Positions 50,398 to 60,605 are shown, counted from the stretch's first letter. The stretch is DNA of 64,000 nt from Minisyncoccota bacterium (GCA_035905815.1 JAMIGE010000022.1:18360-82359), one strand, 5' to 3'. The notes: a model not told the origin generated them from the sequence alone. A program made the numbers and translations.

Positions 50398-51908
50398 TAC
50401 TGCGGGATGCGCTTCAGCACAACAGGTACTTCGACACGTTTCTCAACGATTCGATCGACCGGCACTTCAACGCGCTTCTCAACGATCACTTCTTTGGTGA
50501 CAGGCAGCTTGCGCACCTCGATGATACAGTCCCGAAGGATGATTTGAGTTGCCTGCTGCTGCATCGCCCCTGATCCACCCAAGGATCCAGAGCCGCCACT
50601 ACCGGCACCACTATTGCCACCGAGCGAAAACTGGCGCGAGCCAGAAGTACCCAGTACCGTGTTAAAGATGATTGGCTGATGCCCCATCACCACGATCTGG
50701 TCCTTGGTTGGTGTTGGCACTTCTTTAAAGTACACCTGTTCGCCGCCCACTGTATATGGTGCTAGCTCATAAGTGTATCCGAGTGCAACGTCGCTGTTGG
50801 ACACCAAGCCTTGGAATGTACCGACAATTGGAGTCTTCACCACTGTCTGCAGCGGGCCACACGCCAAAGTTTCTTTGATCGTGTTGCCTGCCGCGATGAT
50901 AGATGGCGCCACTTGCGTCACATGGGTCGGAATGAACAGCGTTTTGTTGCTGATATTCGTGACACTGCGATCGCTAGCGTCCACACTAGTGGTATTACCA
51001 GCAGAGCTGTTTGTGTTCTGCTGCGTACCAGTCGTAGCGCTCAGCGAGGCTGAAGTGTTGACCGCACTGTTGCCAGAATTGCCAACTGATCCACCAGCAC
51101 CACCCTGTCCGCCAGCACCACCCTGTGCCTTGTTCGCAACGTTATTAGTGTTGGAAGAATTCTGGTCTTGACGACCCGACAAGGTATTCAGGTTGGCACT
51201 GTTGCCACTATCCTTAACCGTGTTCTGATTGTCATTAGATGACGACGCATTCACCGGGCCGGTACTAGATGTACTGGCGCCGGTTGAATTGTTACCACCA
51301 TTAGCACTCGAAGTCGAGGCGCCGGTAGTAGCAGTCGCAGGTCCAGTAGTCACATTCCCGAGCGTATTTGTATTCGCTCCGTTGGTGTTAGCACCATTAG
51401 TGTTTGCACCGTTGGAATTGTTGCCGTTGGTAGCGGTAGAAGCGCCAGTAGTCCCGGTAACCGAGCCCTGTGTCTGTGCGCCGCCAATGGTCCCAGTGAC
51501 TGAACCCTGGGTCTGATTGCCATTACTGGCAGCAGAATTGTTGGCGTTGTTGGATGTGTTACCGGTCGCATTCGATGAGGTGTTACCACCAGTCATCGAA
51601 TTTGACCCACTGATTGCGGAATCAATACTGCCGCCATTAGCCGAAGTAGTGTTGCCACTACTGGTGGAGTTACTGGCCACCCCACTCTGGGTAGCCGTCG
51701 TCGCAGAGTTATCTGCCGACGAAGACCCGGAAGAGTTGGCTGTATTCGCAGTCGAGCACGCAGAAGAGTTGGACCCGCTAGGAGTCACCGGCACCTGCCC
51801 TGGTGGGCATGTGGTCGTATTCTGCGCGACCGATCCGAGCGACATCGATGCCGCTGCGATTGCAGCGACAAGTGCCGCCATGATACCTCGATACTTACCT
51901 GTTTTCAT
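50397..51908 (-). CDS. Secreted Ser/Thr/Asn/Gly low-complexity protein with C-terminal VEKRVEVPV repeats (cassette M gene 1)
   Basis: Signal peptide; NGANT repeats; AGGA SD; TAGACT-17-TATAGT promoter at 51980-52008; high GC. Confidence 0.85.
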   Translation of the reverse strand: MKTGKYRGIMAALVAAIAAASMSLGSVAQNTTTCPPGQVPVTPSGSNSSACSTANTANSSGSSSADNSATTATQSGVASNSTSSGNTTSANGGSIDSAISGSNSMTGGNTSSNATGNTSNNANNSAASNGNQTQGSVTGTIGGAQTQGSVTGTTGASTATNGNNSNGANTNGANTNGANTNTLGNVTTGPATATTGASTSSANGGNNSTGASTSSTGPVNASSSNDNQNTVKDSGNSANLNTLSGRQDQNSSNTNNVANKAQGGAGGQGGAGGSVGNSGNSAVNTSASLSATTGTQQNTNSSAGNTTSVDASDRSVTNISNKTLFIPTHVTQVAPSIIAAGNTIKETLACGPLQTVVKTPIVGTFQGLVSNSDVALGYTYELAPYTVGGEQVYFKEVPTPTKDQIVVMGHQPIIFNTVLGTSGSRQFSLGGNSGAGSGGSGSLGGSGAMQQQATQIILRDCIIEVRKLPVTKEVIVEKRVEVPVDRIVEKRVEVPVVLKRIPQ

Positions 51909-52113
51909 TTTGTTTTCCTAACAAAGAGCAAAGCGATCTAGTACAGCACTAATGTGCTGTACCTCGCTCGCGTTAAAAGACTATAGCATTATTTAAATAA
52001 AGAGTCTAGAATTGACAATAATGCATTTATGTTGTATTTAAAATTTATTTTAAATGTGTCTACACTATACTATGATACTCATCCGGCTTATATATGACTG
52101 TTGAAATTAAGTA

Positions 52114-53688
52114 TTAACTATTTTCTAGCCTATTAAATAATGCTTTGCTTGGCATTGTATTAGTTTTAATTGCTTCGTATATGGCCATTGCAGTACGCGG
52201 CATGAAAAAGTACAGATGGTGTGACATATCCCCCAGCATGTATAGACAGTCTCTTATAATGTCACGCGCCTCCTCTTGCTCTACTTTATTATCACTTTTA
52301 ATAAGTTTAAATGGCGCTTTGGACTGTATATATTCATCTAGACTTTTAACCTTGTCGGTCACTAGATGTATTGCCTCATTAATTTTAAAATTATCTAAAT
52401 TATCTGTATATGCATTATTAAGCTTGGAAGATTCAAGTTTTGTTAATATTTCTTTTATATCCTCTTCCTTCAAATATTGTGATGAGAGCTTTAAAATTCT
52501 ATTTACTTGATTGCCTATACCATTTTGCAAGTATGCGCCATATGCGATTCTTATGCTTTCCTTGGTAATATCGCTATCCTCATGTGTAGACACTTCGTGA
52601 CACATCACAAATCGTAGCACCTCTTCTGGATAGTCTGTCACGCTTCCATATTCTGCAATTATATCAAATGGACTGATCACATTGCCTATACTCTTGCTCA
52701 TTTTAACACCACCACTAATTATGTGCCCATTAATCACCACTTTAGAAGTATTCGGGATACCAGCAGATAATAGCATAGCCTGCCAAATCGCGGACTGGGC
52801 CTTGTTATTGTCTTTACCACAATATTGCACAACCTCACGCGCGACACAATCATCTTGCAGCCAGAATTTTTTAAAGTTAGAAGTATCATTGTGCGTGTTG
52901 CTGGCGGCTTCGTAGCTTGCCCAATCAAGTGTTGCAATATAGCTTGTCAGAGCGTCGAACCACACATACATAACGTGATCGCTATCTCCTGGCACTTCTA
53001 CCCCCCATGGCATTTTAGACTTTAGTCTAGATACTGAAAAGTCATGCAGTCCACCTTCTACGAACTTACGTATTTCATTTTGCCTAAAATCTGGCAAGAC
53101 CAGTGGCTGTTGATTAACATCGCTATACAAATTCAAAAGCTGAGCCTGGTATTTAGAAAATTTGAAAAAGTAATTCTCTTCTTCGCTAATTACCAAGTCT
53201 CTATTAGGGTGATCAGGGCATTTACCATCTACTAGCTCGCTATCTGTCTTCTCCATTTCGCAGCCGACACAATAATTAATAGACTGTTTGGATTTGTATA
53301 TATCACCATTAGCTAGGCAAATGTTCCACATCTTCTGGGCAGCTGCCTTGTGCTTATCATCTGTGGTGCGTATAAATGCGTCGTATGATATATTGGCCAG
53401 CTTATGGAATTGCTTAAACTTTTCTGAATTTTTGTCCACATATGCCTGAGTACTTAGGCCTTCCTTAGCTGCGCCCTCATATATTTTCTGACCATGCTCG
53501 TCCGTACCAGTGTTAAAGAATACTTCGTATCCAGCATAGCGCTTGTATCTGGCGACTACGTCCGCCCTTATCATTTCCATAGCAGTACCGATATGTGGCT
53601 CCGAATTCACATATGGAAGCGTAGAAGTTATATAGAACCTCTTTGCGTTACCTATTGATTTTGTGTCTGAATTATTATGATGTGTCAT
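52114..53688 (-). CDS. metG: Methionine--tRNA ligase
   Basis: PYVN..PHIG, GTDEHG.K, YVWFDAL, KMSKS. Confidence 0.96.
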   Translation of the reverse strand: MTHHNNSDTKSIGNAKRFYITSTLPYVNSEPHIGTAMEMIRADVVARYKRYAGYEVFFNTGTDEHGQKIYEGAAKEGLSTQAYVDKNSEKFKQFHKLANISYDAFIRTTDDKHKAAAQKMWNICLANGDIYKSKQSINYCVGCEMEKTDSELVDGKCPDHPNRDLVISEEENYFFKFSKYQAQLLNLYSDVNQQPLVLPDFRQNEIRKFVEGGLHDFSVSRLKSKMPWGVEVPGDSDHVMYVWFDALTSYIATLDWASYEAASNTHNDTSNFKKFWLQDDCVAREVVQYCGKDNNKAQSAIWQAMLLSAGIPNTSKVVINGHIISGGVKMSKSIGNVISPFDIIAEYGSVTDYPEEVLRFVMCHEVSTHEDSDITKESIRIAYGAYLQNGIGNQVNRILKLSSQYLKEEDIKEILTKLESSKLNNAYTDNLDNFKINEAIHLVTDKVKSLDEYIQSKAPFKLIKSDNKVEQEEARDIIRDCLYMLGDMSHHLYFFMPRTAMAIYEAIKTNTMPSKALFNRLENS

Positions 53689-53740
53689 TGATTAAATATA
53701 ACACAAAAACATAAACCGTGCGACTATATAATTATCGTTA

Positions 53741-54169
53741 TTACTTTAAATACTTATCAGTGATATGCTTCTCCACCTTATACAATACTGCAAGTATAAG
53801 TAATGCAAAGCAAGATATTAGAAATCCAGTACTATAAAAGCCAAGTCCAAACGCAGCGCCAGCCGCAGCTGTAACCCACAATCCAGAGGCGGTAGTTAGG
53901 CCTTGCACTTCGCCCTTGTTATTAATAATTGACCCAGCGCCCAGGAATCCTACACCTACAACTATTTGCCCCATCACAACATAGGGATTCGCGCTCGCAC
54001 CTTGAAATACTGTGGTAGCTAGGTACATAAAGGCGGCAGACCCAGCAGATACCATTGCATATGTCCTCATGCCCGCAATTTTATGAGATAGCAGTCTCTC
54101 AATACCAATGATTGCACCAGCTAGTACTGCTGCGCCAATTCTAAAGAATAAATCTAATTCTGCGCTCAT
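53741..54169 (-). CDS. MgtC/SapB family protein
   Basis: IG.ER, AGMRT, QIV.GVGFLGAG, GLTTA..LW. Confidence 0.93.
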   Translation of the reverse strand: MSAELDLFFRIGAAVLAGAIIGIERLLSHKIAGMRTYAMVSAGSAAFMYLATTVFQGASANPYVVMGQIVVGVGFLGAGSIINNKGEVQGLTTASGLWVTAAAGAAFGLGFYSTGFLISCFALLILAVLYKVEKHITDKYLK

Positions 54170-54180
54170 ATATTCGATAA

Positions 54181-55248
54181 TTATAAATCAATCTTATTAT
54201 ACTCTTCCTCTTCGACACGACCTTGATCTAGGTCATTAAGGAATTCCATTAATATAGACGCCATTGGTACCGCAAGCAGTACACCCCAGAATCCAGCCAA
54301 CTTGGCACCTATAATAAGAGATATTATTACAACTAGTGAAGGCACTCCTACCATCTTATTCATAATTCGTGGCTGAAGTATATGATTCTCAATTTGCGCC
54401 ACAACAAAGAATATAACCATAAGTATACCAGCTAATTTAATACCACCACTAGCAAAAGCAATAAGGAATGCCGGCACCATGGCTAAAGTAAGCCCTACCA
54501 TTGGAATTAATTCCCCTACAAAAGCGAAAGCAGCGATTATGCCAGCATACTGTATACCCACTATCTTTAGCGGTATATATATTAGCACGCACACAATAGC
54601 TCCTAGGAGTATTTGTCCTTGGGCCCAGCGCCCAATTTTAGTCTGACTCCTCTGCCACAAATCAATTACATATGTCTCTCTACTCTTGGGTGTAATTATT
54701 TTAAGGAAATTCTCCACTCCTTTCTCCTGCATTGCGAGGTAGAATGAAATCACAATCAAAACTACAAAGTTAAATATGTTAGAGAATACAACCGTAGTAG
54801 TATGCACTACTCCGCTATCACCAGTAAAGAAGTTTTTAAATGTAGTAAGTATTTGACCTTGGCTGACATTGTTCGAAAACTCTGATACATAGTACGCCAA
54901 ATCCTGCAGCCCTAAATCCCTACCAAATACATTCAGCTGATCAATAAGCTTTGGTAGTGACTGGATGAATTGCGCAATTTCACCTGCTGCTGCTGGCGCA
55001 AATATTGCTATAGCAGATATTATCGCCCCGACTATCAATAGATATATTACCGGCACAGTGACAGATCTAGGTATTTTATACTTTCTGAAAAATTTAACAG
55101 CTGGGTCAAATGATGAAGCTATAACCACCGCTACCAATAATGATATTAAAAAGTCTTTGAGCAAATATGCGGCATAAGCGAACATCCCCCAAAATATTAA
55201 TTTGATTATACTTAGGGAAGTAATGTTGATATTGTAGTATTTTTTCAT
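54181..55248 (-). CDS. AI-2E family transporter
   Basis: GQ, IP.VG, Q.EN..L.P.IM, G..G..LAVP. Confidence 0.9.
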   Translation of the reverse strand: MKKYYNINITSLSIIKLIFWGMFAYAAYLLKDFLISLLVAVVIASSFDPAVKFFRKYKIPRSVTVPVIYLLIVGAIISAIAIFAPAAAGEIAQFIQSLPKLIDQLNVFGRDLGLQDLAYYVSEFSNNVSQGQILTTFKNFFTGDSGVVHTTTVVFSNIFNFVVLIVISFYLAMQEKGVENFLKIITPKSRETYVIDLWQRSQTKIGRWAQGQILLGAIVCVLIYIPLKIVGIQYAGIIAAFAFVGELIPMVGLTLAMVPAFLIAFASGGIKLAGILMVIFFVVAQIENHILQPRIMNKMVGVPSLVVIISLIIGAKLAGFWGVLLAVPMASILMEFLNDLDQGRVEEEEYNKIDL

Positions 55249-55267
55249 TGTATTTATTTAGAATTAA

Positions 55268-56626
55268 TTATAACTGCCTAGTGCTAGAGGTGGCAACTTT
55301 TAATGTAGATGCAGCCTTGCCCAATAATGTGCCGACGTCTTTGCTCTGCAGCCTAACGCCAGAGGCCTCTGCGGACAGTGACACAGAATTAGGACCGGTT
55401 ATAATAACAGGGAAATCAATTTCACCTTTGGCTCCAGCTGCCACAGATTTAAATTCTGGATTAGTATTGTAGTCGAACACCTTCTCCTCACTATCTAGCT
55501 TAAGTACTATTTTCATGTTGGTAATTGCTTCATCCAAAGTATTCTGCCAATTTATTCTAATAATACCCTCTGCACCTTGTGGAGCCTCTTTGACCACTTT
55601 GGCATTAAACAGGCTATTAATATTAAGAGCGATGGGGTCGGTAGCTATAACATAGTCTGCTCTACTATCACTTACTAATACATTTTTGCCTTTTACTGAC
55701 AAATACATGTTAGTCCTAACAGATGACTGCTGACCCTGTGCGCCGGACTGGGTACCAGTAATAACTACAGACCGTGATTCGCCTTTGCCTAGATTACTTA
55801 TATCTAGATATTTATTATCTATAAGTGCTGGAGATGAACTTATAAAAGTGAAACCATTTGGATATAATAATTCCAACTTGTAACTACTTAGTGCATTATT
55901 GGTGTTATTAATAATCATGACTTTGGTATCAAATTGCTCTGCCTCTCTTACCTCTTTGACGGTGGACACAGCCAGCTCTACATTCATCGGGGTAATTGCA
56001 ATTTCTTTAGTAGTGACTTTGTTGAAGTTAGCAGCGGCACCTTCTACTTCGTATGTTAAGTCAAGCTTTATATTCCTTCTGTCTGCATCCTTGCCTATTA
56101 ATATAACTTCTGGGACTTTGCCTATCTTGGTCTCCCCTGCTTCTATAGATGGGAATGGCACCGGGACTTTTACAATGTCTTGTGCCCCCTCCTCGTCACT
56201 CCCTCTAGTATACTGCAGAGTCGCAACAGTGTTTACAATCTTAACTTTGTTATTATTAGTAATAGCATAGTCTATATCAAATGTATCTCCTGATGATATC
56301 GTGTCTGGAGTTTTAATTGTAAGTACTATTTGATCACCAGATACCACATTACTATTACTTTTGAATTGATAATACGCAAAGCCAAGCGCTGCTATTAATG
56401 CCATCAAAGAAAAGGCTAGAAAATATTTGAATCTAATACCTTTTACTGGTGATTCTGGCGCTTGTCCTATATTATCACTTGAAACTGGCTGATTCAAATG
56501 GGACCAATCTGTTGGAATTTGATTTGTGGTATTGCTGGTGCGATGCACAGGCTCTACGCCTCTAGCCAAATCGCCAATATCACTACTGTTGCTATATAAT
56601 TTGCTTTCTAAATTATCTAATGCCAT
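55268..56626 (-). CDS. Hypothetical single-pass membrane protein with Ig-like extracellular repeats
   Basis: TM at ~aa 68-86; repeated I.N...., L..P.GF beta-sandwich patterns. Confidence 0.75.
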   Translation of the reverse strand: MALDNLESKLYSNSSDIGDLARGVEPVHRTSNTTNQIPTDWSHLNQPVSSDNIGQAPESPVKGIRFKYFLAFSLMALIAALGFAYYQFKSNSNVVSGDQIVLTIKTPDTISSGDTFDIDYAITNNNKVKIVNTVATLQYTRGSDEEGAQDIVKVPVPFPSIEAGETKIGKVPEVILIGKDADRRNIKLDLTYEVEGAAANFNKVTTKEIAITPMNVELAVSTVKEVREAEQFDTKVMIINNTNNALSSYKLELLYPNGFTFISSSPALIDNKYLDISNLGKGESRSVVITGTQSGAQGQQSSVRTNMYLSVKGKNVLVSDSRADYVIATDPIALNINSLFNAKVVKEAPQGAEGIIRINWQNTLDEAITNMKIVLKLDSEEKVFDYNTNPEFKSVAAGAKGEIDFPVIITGPNSVSLSAEASGVRLQSKDVGTLLGKAASTLKVATSSTRQL

Positions 56627-56781
56627 GAGAATATTATATCACAAATTAATAGAATACTAATATTTAAATTCGTGCAGTATTGCATAGCTATAGACATACT
56701 GGCCAGAGCTGCTATAATTATATTGGTGGTGTGCTCGTACACTAATATGGCACACTCCTTTACACATTATTTAATATATTT

Positions 56782-57444
56782 ATGAAAAAGTATTTAGCAG
56801 AGATGGTGGGCACAGCAATGCTTGTCATTGGTGGATGTGGGGCGGCTATATTAGCTGGCTCACAGATGGGCGTATTTGGTATTGCGATAGCTTTTGGACT
56901 ATCGCTACTTGTTATTGCATATACTATCGGCAATATTTCTGGTGGACATGTTAACCCTGCCGTGACAATTGGGCTAGCAGCAGCTGGCAAATTCCCAAAG
57001 TCAGAAGTGCTACCATATGTAGCATTTCAAATTATTGGTGGGTTAATAGGAGCGGCAATAGTATGGGTAGCAAATGGTATGCAGGTGTTGGGTGGCGGAT
57101 TCGCTGCTAATCATTTGATGTCAGGAGTCACAACTACCTCTGGCCTAGTAATCGAAGCTGTCATGACTTCATTCTTAGTACTTGCAGTACTATTTACTAC
57201 TCATCACAAGTTCGCGGCTAATATGGGAGGACTACTTGTCGGATCAGTACTAGCACTTATACACATAGTTTCTATTCCTCTGACCAACACATCGGTTAAT
57301 CCAGCGCGTAGTATTGCAGTAGCATTCTATCAGGGTGGCGATGCAGTTAGTCAGCTATGGATATTTATCCTTGCTCCGATCGTGGGCGCAATCCTTGCTA
57401 CAGGTATATATAAGATGATCACAAACAGTAGCGAAAATAACTAA
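56782..57444 (+). CDS. aqpZ: Aquaporin Z
   Basis: SGGHVNPAVT and TSVNPARS NPA motifs; LIH.VSIP. Confidence 0.92.
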   Translation: MKKYLAEMVGTAMLVIGGCGAAILAGSQMGVFGIAIAFGLSLLVIAYTIGNISGGHVNPAVTIGLAAAGKFPKSEVLPYVAFQIIGGLIGAAIVWVANGMQVLGGGFAANHLMSGVTTTSGLVIEAVMTSFLVLAVLFTTHHKFAANMGGLLVGSVLALIHIVSIPLTNTSVNPARSIAVAFYQGGDAVSQLWIFILAPIVGAILATGIYKMITNSSENN

Positions 57445-57459
57445 ATAATACAAATAGTT

Positions 57460-57510
57460 ATACAGAATACAAATAGTGCGGCCTCTGGCCGCACTATTTG
57501 TATTCTGTAT
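57460..57510. terminator. Bidirectional terminator aqpZ/recO
   Basis: 24-bp perfect inverted repeat with tct loop. Confidence 0.85.
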
Positions 57511-57526
57511 TTATATGTACCCGCTA

Positions 57527-58081
57527 CTAAAGCATGGTATTAGATATAACCTCTTTGATATATCTTCTGATTCTGTCTGGACTATTAGCACATATTAGGC
57601 ATAATTCTTCTAAAGATGAATTTTTATATTTCTCTATATCCTCAAACCCTAGAACTTGCGCATCTGCATAACCTAAATCGATAAGAGAAATTATATACGC
57701 TGCAGCCCTTAATACTTTGCTATCAATATTCATACCAGCGAGCGATCGAAGCTTATTATATAATTGCGCATGCCGTCCTTCGGCATTTATGAATCTATCC
57801 AGCACCTCTGAAATTATCACTGATGACTGTAGCTTAATACTGTTATCCTCTTCTAGGATACCAGTAAGCCTATACATTTCTCTACCCTTTACAACTGTTA
57901 CGCTGGCATACCTATTCTTCTTAATATGTAATTTAAGCTTGGATTCTATTTTGCGGGCTGACTTGGCCATTACAAATATCAATCCATATGCATGAGTAAA
58001 CATTTTAATTAGCATATCATTCTCTCCGACCTCATATAGCTCAATAATGATCGCATCTGTAGTGTATTTCTCTATTGCCAT
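57527..58081 (-). CDS. recO: DNA repair protein RecO (short)
   Basis: T.AII, GE.D, FT...G.I...AKS.RK..SKL N-terminal OB fold. Confidence 0.8.
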   Translation of the reverse strand: MAIEKYTTDAIIIELYEVGENDMLIKMFTHAYGLIFVMAKSARKIESKLKLHIKKNRYASVTVVKGREMYRLTGILEEDNSIKLQSSVIISEVLDRFINAEGRHAQLYNKLRSLAGMNIDSKVLRAAAYIISLIDLGYADAQVLGFEDIEKYKNSSLEELCLICANSPDRIRRYIKEVISNTML

Positions 58082-58082
58082 G

Positions 58083-59231
58083 CTAAATTATAATCCCTCC
58101 ACCAATGCATTTATTGCCATCATATATAACTAGACTTTGGCCGGGTACTCTTATAATCACACCTGATACTACTTCGAATTCAGTAGAACTAATACATTTA
58201 ACAGTTGCCAGCTCTGCCCTATATCTACCCCTCGCACTATATTCCGTGCCTATGTTAGGAGCACTTAGAATCCAGCTCTCATCCTTAATTCTAATTACTA
58301 GAGTACTTTGATTTTGGGCTCCACGATCTCTATTTACATCCATTTGCGAGCTCACTGTTATAGTATTATTAGCTACATCCTTATCCACCACATACATTGC
58401 ACTGCTACTAGTTTTGTTATTATAAATTTTAAATCCATGCCTTTCACCAATAGTATATAAAACAGCCCCATCATGCTCGCCAATTACTTTTGCCTCTTCA
58501 TCTAGCACAACTCCCGGGGATACATTTATTTCATGTTTTAAGAAGTCTTTAATATTTAAATCCCCCAGCATGCATATGCCTTGTGAATCCTTTTTGTTAC
58601 TTACCCACAAATTATTTACGAGGGCCAATCTCCTCACCTCTGACTTCAGCTTGTCTCCGAGTGGGAATATTATATGCTGCATTTCTTGGCTATTTAGTCT
58701 ATACAGAAAGTAGCTTTGATCTTTAGAACTATCGGACGCTACAAACATTTCAGACTTGGTTAGATTACTCATCGAATCTTTGGTCTTTAATATTTTAGCA
58801 TAATGGCCGGTGGCGATATAATCAGCACCCTTTGACTTTGCAAAATCCCAGAACCCTCCAAATTTTATATACCTATTACACATAATATCCGGATTTGGAG
58901 TAACTCCATTTTTAAATTCAGACAGCATGTAATCTATCACATCCTCCTTGTAAGACTTTTCCAAATCCAGAGTTAGGAATTTAATACCTAATTGCGCTGC
59001 CACTCTCATAGCATCATGTCTGTCTGACCTCCATGTACACTCGACATAATCCGGCTGCCAAGTTTTGATAAATACGCCCGTCACATCATATCCACCGCGA
59101 GAGAGCAGCATTGCAGATACAGCGCTATCCACACCACCAGACAGGCCTACATACACCTTGGTCCTGTGTCCGGCTTTGTTCCCAACCTTTTCACTTTTTG
59201 TATTATGAGTATTAAATAATTTACTCGCCAT
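58083..59231 (-). CDS. mnmA: tRNA 2-thiouridine(34) synthase MnmA
   Basis: SGGVDS, TPNPD..CN..IKF, ATGHY, KDQSYFL, DSQGIC. Confidence 0.96.
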   Translation of the reverse strand: MASKLFNTHNTKSEKVGNKAGHRTKVYVGLSGGVDSAVSAMLLSRGGYDVTGVFIKTWQPDYVECTWRSDRHDAMRVAAQLGIKFLTLDLEKSYKEDVIDYMLSEFKNGVTPNPDIMCNRYIKFGGFWDFAKSKGADYIATGHYAKILKTKDSMSNLTKSEMFVASDSSKDQSYFLYRLNSQEMQHIIFPLGDKLKSEVRRLALVNNLWVSNKKDSQGICMLGDLNIKDFLKHEINVSPGVVLDEEAKVIGEHDGAVLYTIGERHGFKIYNNKTSSSAMYVVDKDVANNTITVSSQMDVNRDRGAQNQSTLVIRIKDESWILSAPNIGTEYSARGRYRAELATVKCISSTEFEVVSGVIIRVPGQSLVIYDGNKCIGGGIII

Positions 59232-59412
59232 TAAAATATCATAGCAGAATTTAGCCAAAAGCGCGAATTGTATATAAATTGAATAATCTAGTATGGCAAA
59301 ATTAAAACGCTATATTCATTCTATATTATATGTACTATATTATACATACTATAAAAATCCTATGCGTTTAGTTTTGCTCTAGCCTATTTGAGACCTAAGT
59401 ATTAAGTCCAAA

Positions 59413-60099
59413 TTAAAATCTAGGCACAATATCCTGACGTTGCATGTTGGCTACATTATTACAGAGCTCTTCTAGTGATGTGTAATGATTTGCACCGTTT
59501 AGAAGTGCATGCCCCACATGACTTGTTCCAATTTCATACTCTACACTACCCATGCTTATAGCATTGTCTGGCCACCCAATGAAAAGCCTTTCGCTTACTC
59601 TTTTATCATTTTCGGCGATTGCCATCCACTGACCCAGCTCCCTGTTGGTCGTCAAGCCTAGTAACTGCTCCCTATTTCTAGGTATCCAGAATACTCGATA
59701 CTTTGAATGCCGAAGACCAACTCTTTCCCACTTATGGACAAAATCACTAGAAGTGAAATCATCTTTGAAAGTGTTAAGCAAGTAGCTTTGTCCACGGAAT
59801 TCAGGAGCTATAATGAAGCCGTCAAATCCTGCAGTCCTCAAATAGTGATGTGCATCCTTCCTCCATAAATAGTCTGGTATCGCATCGCGAGATGTGGGAC
59901 CACCCAGGAACACTGCGCCCTGCCTTCTGAGCTGATCCAGGCTATGACCTATTTTGTCGTCATAGAAAAGAGCTCTCTCATCCTCCCACATCGCTTTGAG
60001 TCTGCATAGCCCATTGGCATGCAAGTCAATGGCAGAGGAGATCTTTGTTTTCATAGCATTAGTTAGCATTATGCTATCCTTCACTTTTAGCTGCGACAT
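59413..60099 (-). CDS. Nucleoside 2-deoxyribosyltransferase-like protein (cassette N)
   Basis: VFLGGPT.R, WR..A...L, PE, WE, FW.PR, TT..E.G pattern; GAGAGG SD. Confidence 0.7.
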   Translation of the reverse strand: MSQLKVKDSIMLTNAMKTKISSAIDLHANGLCRLKAMWEDERALFYDDKIGHSLDQLRRQGAVFLGGPTSRDAIPDYLWRKDAHHYLRTAGFDGFIIAPEFRGQSYLLNTFKDDFTSSDFVHKWERVGLRHSKYRVFWIPRNREQLLGLTTNRELGQWMAIAENDKRVSERLFIGWPDNAISMGSVEYEIGTSHVGHALLNGANHYTSLEELCNNVANMQRQDIVPRF

Positions 60100-60171
60100 T
60101 GCAGCCTCTCAACTATATAACTATTTATTGAATATGTCAACATTAACATTATAGCGTATATTAAAAATATA

Positions 60172-60195
60172 AAAACAGGACATATGTCCTGTTTT
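60172..60195 (-). terminator. Intrinsic terminator of cassette O
   Basis: aaaacaggacatatgtcctgtttt palindrome. Confidence 0.8.
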
Positions 60196-60230
60196 GATTT
60201 TGATTAAAGTAATGGATTCTAACTAATGGG

Positions 60231-60605
60231 CTACTTATAGATCCCGCAGTATACTGCGAAATACATCACCCCGAGATCTGTAATTTCGATCTCACAGTTC
60301 CCGCTCTGTAGCAATTTGCGCTGTATCATACCGCACGCTTCGGCATCTACAACACAGTGCTGCGACCCTGTATATGGTCCGAATTGAATTGCTGACCATT
60401 TACCGACTTTTGCCGAGGCATGTATTAAATCGTGAAAGAAATTCTCTGCGCCATTTTCACCCAGCGTAGACGAGAACTTGAACCCTTCTGATGTTTTGAA
60501 ATCAGAAGGACCAACTCTATCTCTTGCCCCCTCTGCGCTTGCTTTTGCGAGCATTTCTGCCAACTTGGCCTGAAGGATTCCTTTGTCGCTTTTTCTCCAA
60601 CCCAT
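60231..60605 (-). CDS. Hypothetical protein (cassette O gene 2)
   Basis: 124 aa ORF with AAGGT SD; overlaps the 3' end of the upstream ORF by 89 nt. Confidence 0.6.
   Translation of the reverse strand: MGWRKSDKGILQAKLAEMLAKASAEGARDRVGPSDFKTSEGFKFSSTLGENGAENFFHDLIHASAKVGKWSAIQFGPYTGSQHCVVDAEACGMIQRKLLQSGNCEIEITDLGVMYFAVYCGIYK

Noticed and set aside
50773-51921. Several plus-strand ORFs opposite the 503-aa secreted protein
   Set aside because: Antisense shadow ORFs due to GC-rich, low-complexity coding on the minus strand
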